In this document: positions 12,516 through 23,227 of the stretch, piece by piece
How positions within the stretch are numbered: the stretch's first letter is position 1
Layout: each line of letters begins with the position of its first letter
Assembly: GCA_002189035.1 (NCBI GenBank)
Contig: NEEC01000017.1
Span: 2,108,001 to 2,172,000, forward strand
Reading direction: 5' to 3'
Origin: Utricularia gibba
Lineage: Eukaryota > Plantae > Magnoliophyta
DNA length: 64,000 nt
Position numbers and translations under genes: made by a program
The notes under the pieces: generated by a model
The model's database searches: none
The model's input: only the letters and a program-made list of their open reading frames with translations
What the model was told of the DNA's origin: nothing

Positions 12516-13830
12516 TCATTTGCCGTCGCGGTTCCGATCTGTGGTTGGAGAGAAGAGGCGTCTGCGGGTTAGCTGGAGGATGATTTCAGGACAAGGAGAT
12601 TGGAGGGAGTGGTTGCGAGATTACCCGATCGATCGGCGAGCCGGCTGAAGAAGGAGACGAAGACGACGAGCAGCGTCACTCCGGCGATCAGCCCGATGAG
12701 GATGGCGAGGTCCCTCTGCACTTCTTCCTGGTCCGTGTTTCCTGTCAACACAAGTCACCCATTGGTCAAGGGAGCGCTCTTTTATTCCTATTTAGTCTAA
12801 AATTTATAATTAAAAAATATTATGCTAATTTAGAGAACATTGTTTAAGATAAAGCTATAAGGTAAAGATGCTTGAAATACTTTAAAATAACATCTTTTGC
12901 TTAGTTTTGGGTGTTCGATTTTCGATTTCGAAATTTTAATTCAATGCTATTTCGACGATCGAAATAATGAGGATATATAGAATGTGCATAAAATATGAGC
13001 CCTAGAATTAGGTAAATAGTGGTTGAAGCATAAAATGGGTACTCTTAGATTTTAGGGATTGTGAGTTATTATATGGATTTTTTAAATATGTAGAAATTAC
13101 CTGGATGGGGAGAGGGCGTGTAGCCACGCGAAGAATAGCGCGCGTAGCATTTACCGAGGAACATGTCGCCCCAGGCCGAGGAGCTACACAAACTCCCAAG
13201 TCGTTGCGTCGCTTCGGACAAACAGTCCTGGCACTCCCCCACGCTCAGGTCCTGGATGCACTGCGCGACCCCTCTCACGCGCCCCGACTCCGCCGTGCGG
13301 AAATACGACGTTCCGCCGTCTCCGCCCATTAAGCTCGACAGCAAATCGTCTTGCTCCCTCATCCCATTCCCCGAAGACGCCCCACATCGTTCGACGACCA
13401 CCGTCTTGTCCTCCAACCCCACGAACGACACGTTATCGTACCTCACGAAACACCCCTCCAACTGCACCGCTCCGCCGGACGCGTCGCCGCACGTGGAACC
13501 CAGCCGGGAAGTAGCGGCGGAAACACAGGACATACACGCCGAGCCGCTGATATCACCCCGGCACTGGAACAGCCCGTACAACGTTGGTTCAGAAACGTTG
13601 AACGTGTTGTAGGTAGAGACAGCGGCGGAGTTGACCAGGGAGCTGAGGATCGAGTTCACGTTCGACTCGTAACTCGACCCGGAGGCGTATCGCAGCGTCG
13701 AGCATCCCACGTAGACGAAGCCGCCGGAGGACGCCGACTGCGTCAAGCCCCCCGGCACAGCCCCAGGAAGAAGAAGAAGAAGAAGAAGAAGAAGAAGAAG
13801 AAGCCACAAACCCCTCGACTCCTCCAACAT
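12516..13830 (-). CDS. PDLP: Plasmodesmata-located protein (2x DUF26, TM; PDLP6/7-like)
   Basis: Exons 13830-13101, 12741-12625, 12538-12516 in frame. Two C-X8-C-X2-C DUF26 domains (LFQCRGDISGSACMSCV; VAQCIQDLSVGECQDCL), TM LAILIGLIAGVTLLVVFVSFF, short tail ending DGK. Confidence 0.92.
13768..13803. repeat. (AAG)12 microsatellite encoding poly-Leu in the PDLP signal peptide
   Basis: 12 perfect AAG units, read as CTT (Leu) on the coding strand. Confidence 0.95.
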
Positions 13831-14721
13831 GATAGAAAACCCCAATTCACTCTCCAGAACAACAACAAGAAGAAGATGCTAACAGCAATATGAGCGTATT
13901 TCCACACACATATATATCAGCAAAACTGGAAAAGCAGTTCGTTTGTAACCAAACTTCCTGGGTTTACTTTTCATATCCAAAAAAAAAAGGAATATTTTTA
14001 TGCCACGAGACCAGAAGACTTCGTTTGAGTTATTAATCAGTCTTTGTTTGAAGCCTCAATTATTACAACTACATCGAAGTCACAAAAGAGGACACAACAC
14101 CCCTGTGGGGGGCTGCCCATTGCCCGACGCATGTGGTTGGCAATGACAGGGATTCCTCCTCCTAAACCCCATCATTTACACAATAATTTCCTGCTTAACA
14201 TTAAACTACCGAACCACAGAAACCAACTCCCTATTCAATCTATACATAATAAGTAACTAACCCCAGAAATGAGATGCTTTGCTCAGTCAGGAATCATCAG
14301 TTCAGGAAGTGTGTGTGTGTGTGGATGAAAAGGGGAGATGGGAAAGGTTGGAGTCCACATGGCGGAGGGAAGAAAGATCCAATAATTTAGTGAGCAAATG
14401 TACAAACAAGATGAAAGGGGGACGTTGACATTGAGAAAAATGTAAATATTCCTGCCCAACTTTGCACATGTAAAAGATGAATAAAGGCAAAGGAAAGCAG
14501 ACAAAGCAAGATACAAAGAAAAGCCACTTCCCCTTCCATTAATAAGTGTCGCCATTGATCCTCACACCATTGCAATGATCATAAAAAACATCAACTTTTT
14601 GCACAATTATTTCAAAACGTAATTGAATTGTGAAAATTTTACCTTTAAAATTTGGTGACATGTGAAAATTGTCAATTTATCAATTCTACAGGGACTAACC
14701 GGGTAAGTAACCAACCATACA

Positions 14722-16578
14722 CTACGCAGTTGCTGGTTGCCTCAGCCTCCTACTAAGATCTTTGATGGCGTCAACGAGGACCATTTTTTTCTGCAGTCTG
14801 TATCTGATGGCTAACTGGGACGCCGGTGGAAGTTTTCCCTGCAGGAGTGCTTCATCTTCCATGATCTTTGTCGGAAAACCTTGCAATGCGATTACACACA
14901 GAGAGATGAGGACTCGAAAGGCTTGCTCATCCGAGCCAGTGGTGGATTCTACGGATTGGAGTGTTTCAAGATCAAGCTTTGTGGCTGCATCTCCATCACT
15001 AATGTGGGCTAACAGGATTCTTAATGCTGCCAAGAACCTGCCTTCCACCAACTCTGACCCCCCTATCCGCACCTTCGCATGTTCAAACGTTGAACCAACT
15101 TGAATTATTAAGATGGGGGAGGAGGGGCATCCACAACAGGGCTATGTGAATCAGAAAAATATGATCTTTTGTTGACGAATATGAAGGGGTGGTGATGCAT
15201 CGTATGCCCTAAAAAACAGCCGAAATCCCCAGCAGCGGATACCATGGAAGGAAACATGAAAAGGTTAGAGAATAGTACCTTAAGATCAGCATTTCTACCA
15301 ACAAGATTTAGTTGGGAAAGAAGCTGCTCCTTCCATGGTGCACGGGAAAATTGGATGGGTCTATCCTCAGTCGACGCATAAATTGCAGCAGCTTGAAGGA
15401 GATCCATGTCGTATTGGAATTCTACACAATCATATGGGCTTGAGGAAACAACGAACCCATAATCCAGGAGAAAGAGATCATTGTTCAAACAGCCATAATT
15501 GAGTTCCAGAGGATCATCTTGTTTAATCTGTGTTTCTGCAATAACCTGTTAAAAATGACAATGAACGTATCATTTGAGAGTAATTGATGAGTTAGGACAC
15601 ACAAATTAAAGATTACCTTTACAAGCATGTCACCTTTTGTTTCTTGCACGATTTCAGCATTCGGTGTGAAGCTATGGTTGCACATATCTATCAACGGTAG
15701 TAGCATGGGAGTGTCAGCATAAGTTCTTTCCGCACTATTACTGCCATACAAACGAAAGGCACGAGACGACACAGCAGACATTGCCCATCCAAGTGATGAT
15801 GCATTGACATCTTGACCTGCAAAAGGGTGATCTTCTCCATCAAGACTTTTGAGCCTTTCTTTAACCACTTTCTCAAATTCATGAAGAAACTTGCACCTCT
15901 TGTTCACCTAGAGAGCAAAAAGTTGACAACTTCAGTGACTGGAGGAGCATAACATAAATGTAGGATCATCTTTTCTAATGTGCCACAATATAGATGGCAC
16001 CTGATAAACAAGGGGAGCATATTGCAAATTCTTAACATCCTCCCCTGAAAAGAAAATTGGCAAGCTAAAAGTTTCAGGGAGATTGCCGATATATGGCCAC
16101 CAGAATGAACCGACTTTCGCTCTTTCAAGCAGAAGCTTTAAGCCCAGTTTCATAGCCCAGAGTTCCTCTGTCAAACACCAGAACTACAATAATAGTCTCA
16201 CCATGAATCAAAGCAGCATCCATAAAAAAAAAAAGGAATGCACGAAACCAAAAAGGAAATCCCTCAACCTGGGATTTGCTGAGCTAAATTGACCAGAGCA
16301 GGGGATTGCCCATCACCGGCGTCAAATCTAAGGGGAATGTGCGAGGGGAGTGAAATCAGCTCAGAGCCTTTAGCGATATCACCCGATGCAACAAGACCCA
16401 GGCCGGAATTTCCGCCTTCAGAAAGCTGAATCTTTATCGAGTTGTGCACAAATCCTCCTTCTCTTCGAACCCATTTTATGAGGTCCGGCGGCTGAGGCGC
16501 CAATCTCGCCGTGTGAAGGCAATTCCGACCCCGTGAGTGGGTTATCGATGCCGCCACATGCACAATCTTGGTCGACAT
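14722..16578 (-). CDS. SET-domain protein lysine methyltransferase with Rubisco-LSMT substrate-binding domain (SETD3/LSMT-like)
   Basis: Exons 16578-16269, 16167-16001, 15907-15617, 15545-15279, 15072-14722 in frame. Motifs PPDLIKWVRREGG, LGWAMSAVSSRAF, LLPLIDMCNHSF, NYGCLNNDLFLLDYGF. Confidence 0.92.
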
Positions 16579-17135
16579 TTGCCTTCGCCGGCGCGGCCGT
16601 AAAAGCAAGGCCTTCCCTTGAGCCTTAATCGTGTCGGGAAAGCGGGTCACACGGTTGGTCAATATTCGACCCGTTTCATTCAGGCGTAATAATCTCATTA
16701 TCTGTATTAAAGCATATTATTTTAATTAGGGGTAAAATAGTAATATTTGAGTTTGTTTTTATTGGAAATGACAAAATTAAATTTTTGTTAGAAAATTCAT
16801 CAGGGCAGCTCCAGCCAAGCTCGGGCAGCCGGTGTGGTCCCCACCGCCCATTTTGTTGTTCGAGCCTCCTTTTCCAGCTATTTTCCGAAAGCGCCACATT
16901 TTCTACGTAAATAACTAATTTACCTTCTCTAGTTGCTTATTTGTAAATTGACCCCTCTTTTTTTAAATCCCTAAAAACCTACACCTTAGTAAAATAAATT
17001 CAAAACCAGAATGAAATTTGAAATCTAGCCGCTTGGGACTTGTCCAGCGGTCACCAGCGTCACCCAAACTGAAAAGAGAGCAAGAAGAAGAAGAAGAAGA
17101 AGAGTTTTGAAGCGCTCTGAATGATCCTGAGATGT

Positions 17136-17714
17136 CTAGAACTTCCCATGGAGACAAGGGCCATTCGTCATCATCACCTTGAACTCATCGAAGCAAATCG
17201 TGCCGTTTCCATCCGCATCCACGCCGCTAATCATCTTCCGGCACTCATCCAGAGTACATTCCTCCCCCAAACTCGTCAAAACATTGCGCAGTTCCTCCGC
17301 GGAGATGGATCCGTTCTTATCCAAATCGAATACCTCAAACGCGTTCCGAAGTGTCTCCTCGTTATCCGAATCCTCGACGTTGTTCAGCGCGATGAATTCG
17401 CGCAGATCGATGAATTCGCGCAGATCGATGAATCCGTCGCCGTCCGAATCTACCTCCTTGATCATCATACGCAATTCCTCCTCCGACGCTAATTGCCCTA
17501 GGCTACTGATGATTTTACCGAGTTCCGCCGCGCATATTTTACCGTCGCCGTTGGCGTCGAATTTCTTGAACACCTCGACCAATTCCTCCTCCATTCGGTA
17601 CCGCCTGTTCCCCGACGAAGACCTTCTGGAATCGGCCGGAGTTTGATTTTGAGATCCGTCGGCGGATTTGCTCGCCTCCTTCTTCTTCCGCTTGAAGAAC
17701 GCGTTAAGCCCCAT
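17136..17714 (-). CDS. CML: Calmodulin-like protein with 4 EF-hands (CML25/26-like), intronless
   Basis: EF loops DANGDGKICAAE, DSDGDGFIDLRE, DLDKNGSISAEE, DADGNGTICFDE. Confidence 0.95.
   Translation of the reverse strand: MGLNAFFKRKKKEASKSADGSQNQTPADSRRSSSGNRRYRMEEELVEVFKKFDANGDGKICAAELGKIISSLGQLASEEELRMMIKEVDSDGDGFIDLREFIDLREFIALNNVEDSDNEETLRNAFEVFDLDKNGSISAEELRNVLTSLGEECTLDECRKMISGVDADGNGTICFDEFKVMMTNGPCLHGKF
17391..17433. repeat. Exact 18-bp tandem duplication within CML
   Basis: GATGAATTCGCGCAGATC twice plus partial GATGAAT; encodes FIDLRE FIDLRE FI. Confidence 0.95.
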
Positions 17715-18380
17715 AGATTCGAGACCAAAATGCGTTCTCCGGTAGATTCAATTGATTTGGTTGCGAGATGGGAATTCCAGTCGAGTATCTGAAGGGATAT
17801 CCACAGGATTTTCGGAAGACTGGTAAATTTATTTATTTTTTTAAAAAAAATTTATTGTGAAAATCGTAAGGTGTATTTGTAATATCTCGAAAATAATATT
17901 TTATATTTTAGTATAATACACGTGTAAAGTTCATTTATGTACTCCATGTTGTCATGTTGTGGCCAATAATTTTGTGGAGAAGTATAAATAGGTACTAAGA
18001 TGTATACGTGTGAAGATTCTATTTCGGTCCTCTTTTTGTAGCGTCCAACATAAATAAATGATTCAAAGTAAAATTAAAATACATTTAAAAATTGTGAAAT
18101 CGGATAAACATAATTGAGGGGCTTCCATGAGTTATTGCTTTATTACCAGTTTCGTCGTCTGACAGAGCCAGCTGCTATCCAGTCCCATCCTCTTCTTCTT
18201 CGCTAAGTCTTCTCTACTTGGATTCACGCGGGTAGCAGCTTCTGCAATTCATTTGTATTTGGGAGGGTATCGGGTTTCTATTAAGGGAGAAGCTGGGGGT
18301 TTTCTGGTATCGGGTAGGTGATGATGTAAGGAGTTGAAGGGTTTTTTTTTTTTGTTTGGTTGAGATTGAGTCTTGATGCG

Positions 18381-20865
18381 ATGGCATGCTTGAATGGACG
18401 GAAATCGGAGGTTTTGCAAGTCTCGGACCAGTTTCCTGTTGGGCTCCGGGTTCTGGTTGTGGATGACGACAATACTTGTCTCCGGATTCTAGAGAAAATG
18501 CTTCGAAGATGCATGTACCAGGGTAGGGATTCAAGGTTTTGAATAGGGTTTTCGAGTTTCTGATTGCTTTTTGGTGCTATTGTTGCAATTTTTGTGATTG
18601 AAGTCTTCAGGGTGATTTTTGGGTTTTTTGACCCATTTGAATGTTTAGTGCATATTTTTATATATACTGTCAAAGTTCTCATTTTTGTTTTCTAGAAAAA
18701 ATCTTTATTTGGACCCCTTTTTTCACCTCGACTGTAATTTGACTTCTTTGTTGTGTTATTTTTTGGTGTGATGAGAGGAACAGGGTATGAGTTTTATACC
18801 CTCGTGGGTGTTAAGGTTTTGAGTTTTGATATGATTTTTAAATGAATACAGATGCTTGTTTTTTTTTTTCTGAATATATGAACTATAATAACTCGTTTTT
18901 TATATCTTTGTGTCATTGCAACTTTTTTTTCCTAGTAAGAACAAATTTGAAAGACCTTTCGTTTTTGCAGTTACCAGTTGCTCACAAGCTAAAGTTGCTT
19001 TGAATCTGTTAAGAGAGAGGAAAGGCTGCTTTGATCTAGTTTTGAGTGATGTTCACATGCCTGATATGGACGGATTCAAACTTTTGGAGTTGGTTGGTTT
19101 GGAAATGGACCTTCCTGTAATAAGTAAGTAATTCTAGTGAAGTGAAACGCGGTATACCTTTGTGTATAGATATCTAATTTCAACATCATGATGCAGTGAT
19201 GTCAGTTGATGGAAGACCTGACCTTGTGTTGCGAGGCATACGACATGGAGCTTGTGATTACTTAATTAAGCCAATGAGGGATGAGGAATTGAAAAACATT
19301 TGGCAGCATGTTGTTCGGAAAAGGTGGGTTGAAAATAAAAAACATGATCCATCAGGTAACCTGGAGGATCATGATCGTCTCAAAAGAACAACGGGAGATG
19401 GTGGCTGTGATTCTTCAGCGAGTGAAGCTGCAGATGACGTGCACAAGACGAGAAAGAAAAAAAGAAACTTGAAAGATGGAGATGATGCTGAATTGGAAAA
19501 TGATGATCCAAATGGATCCAAAAAGCCTCGTGTAGTCTGGTCTGTGGAGCTCCATCAGCAGTTTGTTACTGCCGTTCATCAACTTGGAATTGAGAGTATA
19601 ATCCTGTTTTCTAGTGCTCTGGGCTTTTTTTTCTCCAATGGACTTGTTGGAAAAGAAAGAAGGTTATTTGGTCTGTGCTTGACTGATTCTCTTCGTTCTC
19701 TTTCAGAGGCTGTTCCCAAGAGGATTCTTGAATTGATGAACGTTCCCGGACTGACAAGAGAGAACGTGGCTAGTCATTTACAGGTTTCTTGATTCACTTT
19801 GAAGTGCTTAGATGCCATCTTTTATGCCATGGCTTATTTTTTTTATGTTGTATCTCCTTTCAGAAGTTTAGATTGTACCTAAAGAGGTTAAGTGGAATGT
19901 CCCAACAAGGGGTCTTGCCTAATTTTTGTGCGGTGGAGGACAATCTGAAAACAGCTTCACTTGAAAGACTGGGCATTCATGCACTGGCAGCTTCCGGCCA
20001 ACTCCCAGCACAGACTCTGGCGGCTCTCCAAACTGAACTTATGTCTCGATCCTCATCACTTCTTGGATCCAACTGCATTTCTGCTGATCCAAGTGTTGCT
20101 TATGGCCGGCCCCTGATAAAATGTTCATCCAGTATTGCTGGACAATCTCGTCAACCTCCCTTGGGCACCAACAACATTTGCACGGAGTTTGCAGATTCTT
20201 CTACAAAGAGCCTATGTGACGTTGCTCCGGCCGCTAGTCTTAATGAAAACAGCAATGCAATGATGAGTCTTATGCAGGAGCCACAGCGAAATCTGAAGCA
20301 CTGTATGATGATGGAGGCGGCTCATCCTGCAAATGTTCAACCTTCATGCCTAGTCGTTCCCTCCTTATCTTCAACCTACTTTCAGGAAGGGAATGGCCAG
20401 GATTCTCTTGATCAAAATACCACCTCTCTTCAGTTTAACAACTCCCCATATGCTGTGCCAACAGGGGAAGCTGCCGCCTCCGGTTTTTTCACTGTATGTT
20501 CCTTATCATCAGCATCAACTTGCTCGCAAAATGTGCAGAGCGGACTTCCTACCCAACTCTCAAGCTCACCATGGGGAATCGATGATCCCACAGCTTTCAA
20601 TGTGAACTGTGAGTTCAGTTCTTATAACCATGAGATGAATGCAGTGCCAGGGTCATCCATGAGTTCTCTGAATCTTGATAAAGCAGCACTCCTGCCTACA
20701 CGCTTTGCTGCAGATGACTTAAGCCAGGTGAATGCTTGCCATGACATCAATCCTTACAAAGTGAAACAAGAACCCAGTGTGGATTTGTCTGGGAATGTAA
20801 GAGTAGGCATTCCGGTGCGCATGAAGCCCCCCTCCAACGTTTCCATGCGCATCTTCTCCGACTAG
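18381..20865 (+). CDS. ARR: Type-B response regulator (receiver + GARP/Myb domain)
   Basis: Exons 18381-18522, 18971-19123, 19197-19595, 19707-19783, 19864-20865 in frame. Motifs [53 protein letters not shown]. Confidence 0.95.
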
Positions 20866-21414
20866 GTATGTAAAAACAGGAACACTCTGAGTACTAAGTT
20901 TACTTACACAGCTGTAAGGCTAATTTCTTTGTTTCGATTTCCGACAGGGTAGCTTCTGATCCTCAGTTCGGGCAGCAAACCTGCCTTCTTTCTTGATGGA
21001 ATCAAACACTATTGGCTTCATCATCATGGATCTGGTCTGAAAATTTGGCGGTTGTGCTTAGGGATAGAAGCTTAGCCAGGCAGGAATCACAAGTGCATGA
21101 CAGCTGCCGAGCTAGAGTTTCAGGCTCGAGAAGCTTGTGGATATAGCGCAGTTTGCTTAGACGATGATCTTTGTTATTACAAAACTGTGTTTTAAAAATT
21201 ACGATTCAACCTGTGCATCAAAATGATTGAATTATATTCGAACAGTTTTAAAATAAAAAATGAATCACCATTTAATTGTAGTTTTAACCCTACTCGCAGT
21301 TTCACTGTTTTTTAATCAAATAGAAAAAAAATAAATTATTTCACCACAGTGAGAAAAAAACTATAATAAATGTTTTTAATTAAATACAAAAATGAAAGGT
21401 TTGGGGTGTTGGCG

Positions 21415-21501
21415 TGGGCCTTTTGGCGTTGACTCCATATATGGGCCGAACTGGGCCCATTGTGTATGGATCTGTTTCTCTAGGGTTTTCCCTTTATAAA
21501 A
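21415..21501 (+). promoter_or_regulatory. Site II + telo-box + TATA promoter of the snoRNA cluster
   Basis: TGGGCC at 21415, 21442 and 21452; TAGGGTTT (telo-box) at 21481-21488; TATAAA at 21495-21500. This combination is known from plant snoRNA and ribosome-biogenesis promoters. Confidence 0.75.
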
Positions 21502-21658
21502 CGAGGTTCAAGTGCTGTGGTTCAATCGCCGTTGTTCCAATTTCAAATCTTCTTGCTATCATCGTCTCGGTTTTTGTGACTAGGTTTTGGTTTTCATCGG
21601 ATTTTCTGTCTGTAGAAGGCATCGTTCTTGTTTTTTTTTCTTCGTTGTTCTGGTTGAA

Positions 21659-21749
21659 GAGCCTCTGAGGATGAATCTAAATTATAACTTTCGTTCTTCT
21701 GAGGATGATTCCGTGCGGAAGAATTTGGAGACCTGAACTGAAGCGGCTC
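21659..21749 (+). ncRNA. U59: Box C/D snoRNA, U59/Z159-like (18S Am guide, second 25S antisense element)
   Basis: Terminal stem GAGCCTCT/AGCGGCTC, C-like box AGGATGA 21668-21674, D' CTGA 21699-21702, D CTGA 21738-21741. AACTTTCGTTCTT before D' is antisense to 18S AAGAACGAAAGUU (recalled); the +5 rule hits the A equivalent to yeast Am974 / human Am1031. Confidence 0.8.
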
Positions 21750-21838
21750 TCACCAGATCTATACATTATTTTCTTCTCGCTTTTTTCACACTTCCGCCGT
21801 TGGATTTTTTGATTGTGTATTCTCAAATTGTGTGGTAT

Positions 21839-21927
21839 TCCTCGGTGATGATCAACTTCAGATGACGAGTCTGATCAATATCCATTCTAAAACATTGATG
21901 ACAATTCGAGGCATTTGTCTGAGAGGA
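21839..21927 (+). ncRNA. U15: Box C/D snoRNA U15-like (dual 25S guide)
   Basis: Stem TCCTC/GAGGA, C box GTGATGA 21845-21851, D' 21871-21874, C' TTGATGA 21895-21901, D 21919-21922. Guides AGATGACGAG and CGAGGCATTTG are antisense to 25S CCAAAUGCCUCGUCAUCU (recalled); the +5 rule hits the equivalents of yeast Gm2288 (snR75) and Am2281 (snR13; human SNORD15 site). Confidence 0.9.
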
Positions 21928-22050
21928 TTTTCACACCACATTTACTCGAATGTTTTTATCGCTTGATTTGGATTTTTTTAAACCTTGCTCCGTTGATGAA
22001 AAAGTCTGGTAAATCTTCCACCTCGTCGCTTAGTTTTCACCGTGCTGATT

Positions 22051-22144
22051 GCCACTGAAAATATGACCGAAGGACTAACCAACTTGTTCTTGTACATGCC
22101 ACTGAAAACATGACCGAAGCACTCACCAACTTGTTCTTGTACAT
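22051..22144. repeat. 47-bp tandem duplication (2 copies, 3 mismatches)
   Basis: GCCACTGAAAATATGACCGAAGGACTAACCAACTTGTTCTTGTACAT at 22051-22097 and GCCACTGAAAACATGACCGAAGCACTCACCAACTTGTTCTTGTACAT at 22098-22144. Confidence 0.93.
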
Positions 22145-22560
22145 TTTATCTCAAGGCTATGGAAATCATTTTTCTTTTAAATTTAATTTGAATTTATGCA
22201 AATTTCATTTGTAATGGAAAATAAGTAAAGGTAATATGATGGGCCTTGTACGGCAGGAGGAGCCCGTGAGGAGTATCCAATGATATGATCAAGTTGCGGA
22301 GGCACCAATCCTGAGCTGGAGAACACTCCCAATTTGTCCTTTATTGATTGTAAAATCATATTTAATTTTCTTTTGCACACAGTCTCTAATGTGGGTGTGT
22401 TCGATGATAGGATTTAAATGTGCTGATAAATATTTAATATATGCAGACAATAAGAATATAGGAATGGCATGAGATATAATTAATTGATAATTAAAAAAAA
22501 AGAAATGAAGAGTTAAAATGTATGAGTAAAGATTGAATTTATATAAAATGACATGAAATT

Positions 22561-22592
22561 TAAATTCTAAATCCTAAACCCTAAACTCCTAA
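22561..22592. repeat. Degenerate plant telomere-like repeat / telo-box upstream of TMK
   Basis: TAAATTC TAAATCC TAAACCC TAAACTCC TAA, containing one perfect AAACCCTAA. Confidence 0.5.
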
Positions 22593-23227
22593 TTCATGTT
22601 AATTAAAAATTAGCTATTAATTATATTTTTGATGTGGGTATGTGCTGGAGCCCCTAGTTGGCTCCCTCTCTTATCCACACTGGCAAAGGTCTGTACGTTG
22701 TTGTGCTTGTTTATTGGATAATAAAATTAATCTTTGAAGGGTTTTTGTTTGTAAGAACAAAAGAATGATGATTAGATTTCTTTATTTAGAAAATGATGTA
22801 TCAAAGTAATATAATGTGATTTAAGTAATTACAGGTAGGTATAAATCTCATGATATTTTAATTAATTAAAATAATTATTTGACAGATGGGATTTAAGACC
22901 CTACCAAACCAAACCACCGCTTTCATAATCTTCCTCCCTGATAATTTATCAATGTAAATAAAACTCTGGGAGTGGTCCCCACCACCATTGTGAGTGACAA
23001 CTGTCTCCCTTTGTTGTGGTTCTTCTTCAGCGCTTCTTCTTCTTCTTCTCCCTCCTTATCACAGCCTGCAAATTTTGCTTTTGATTTCTTTTCTTTCTTT
23101 TCTTTTTGTTCCCGGCAGAAGCTCTCTGTAAACGGTACAGCTGTGGGTGGGGCTTCAAGCTTATGTTGCCATCTTCGTGTGATTAAATCTTGTCTACATT
23201 GTTGAAGGCTGTTAGGTTGTAAGGGAG

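Noticed and set aside
22561-22592. Telomere-like tract as a telomerase RNA template or chromosome-fusion scar
   Set aside because: Only one perfect unit and no USE/TATA Pol III promoter nearby; better read as a promoter telo-box.
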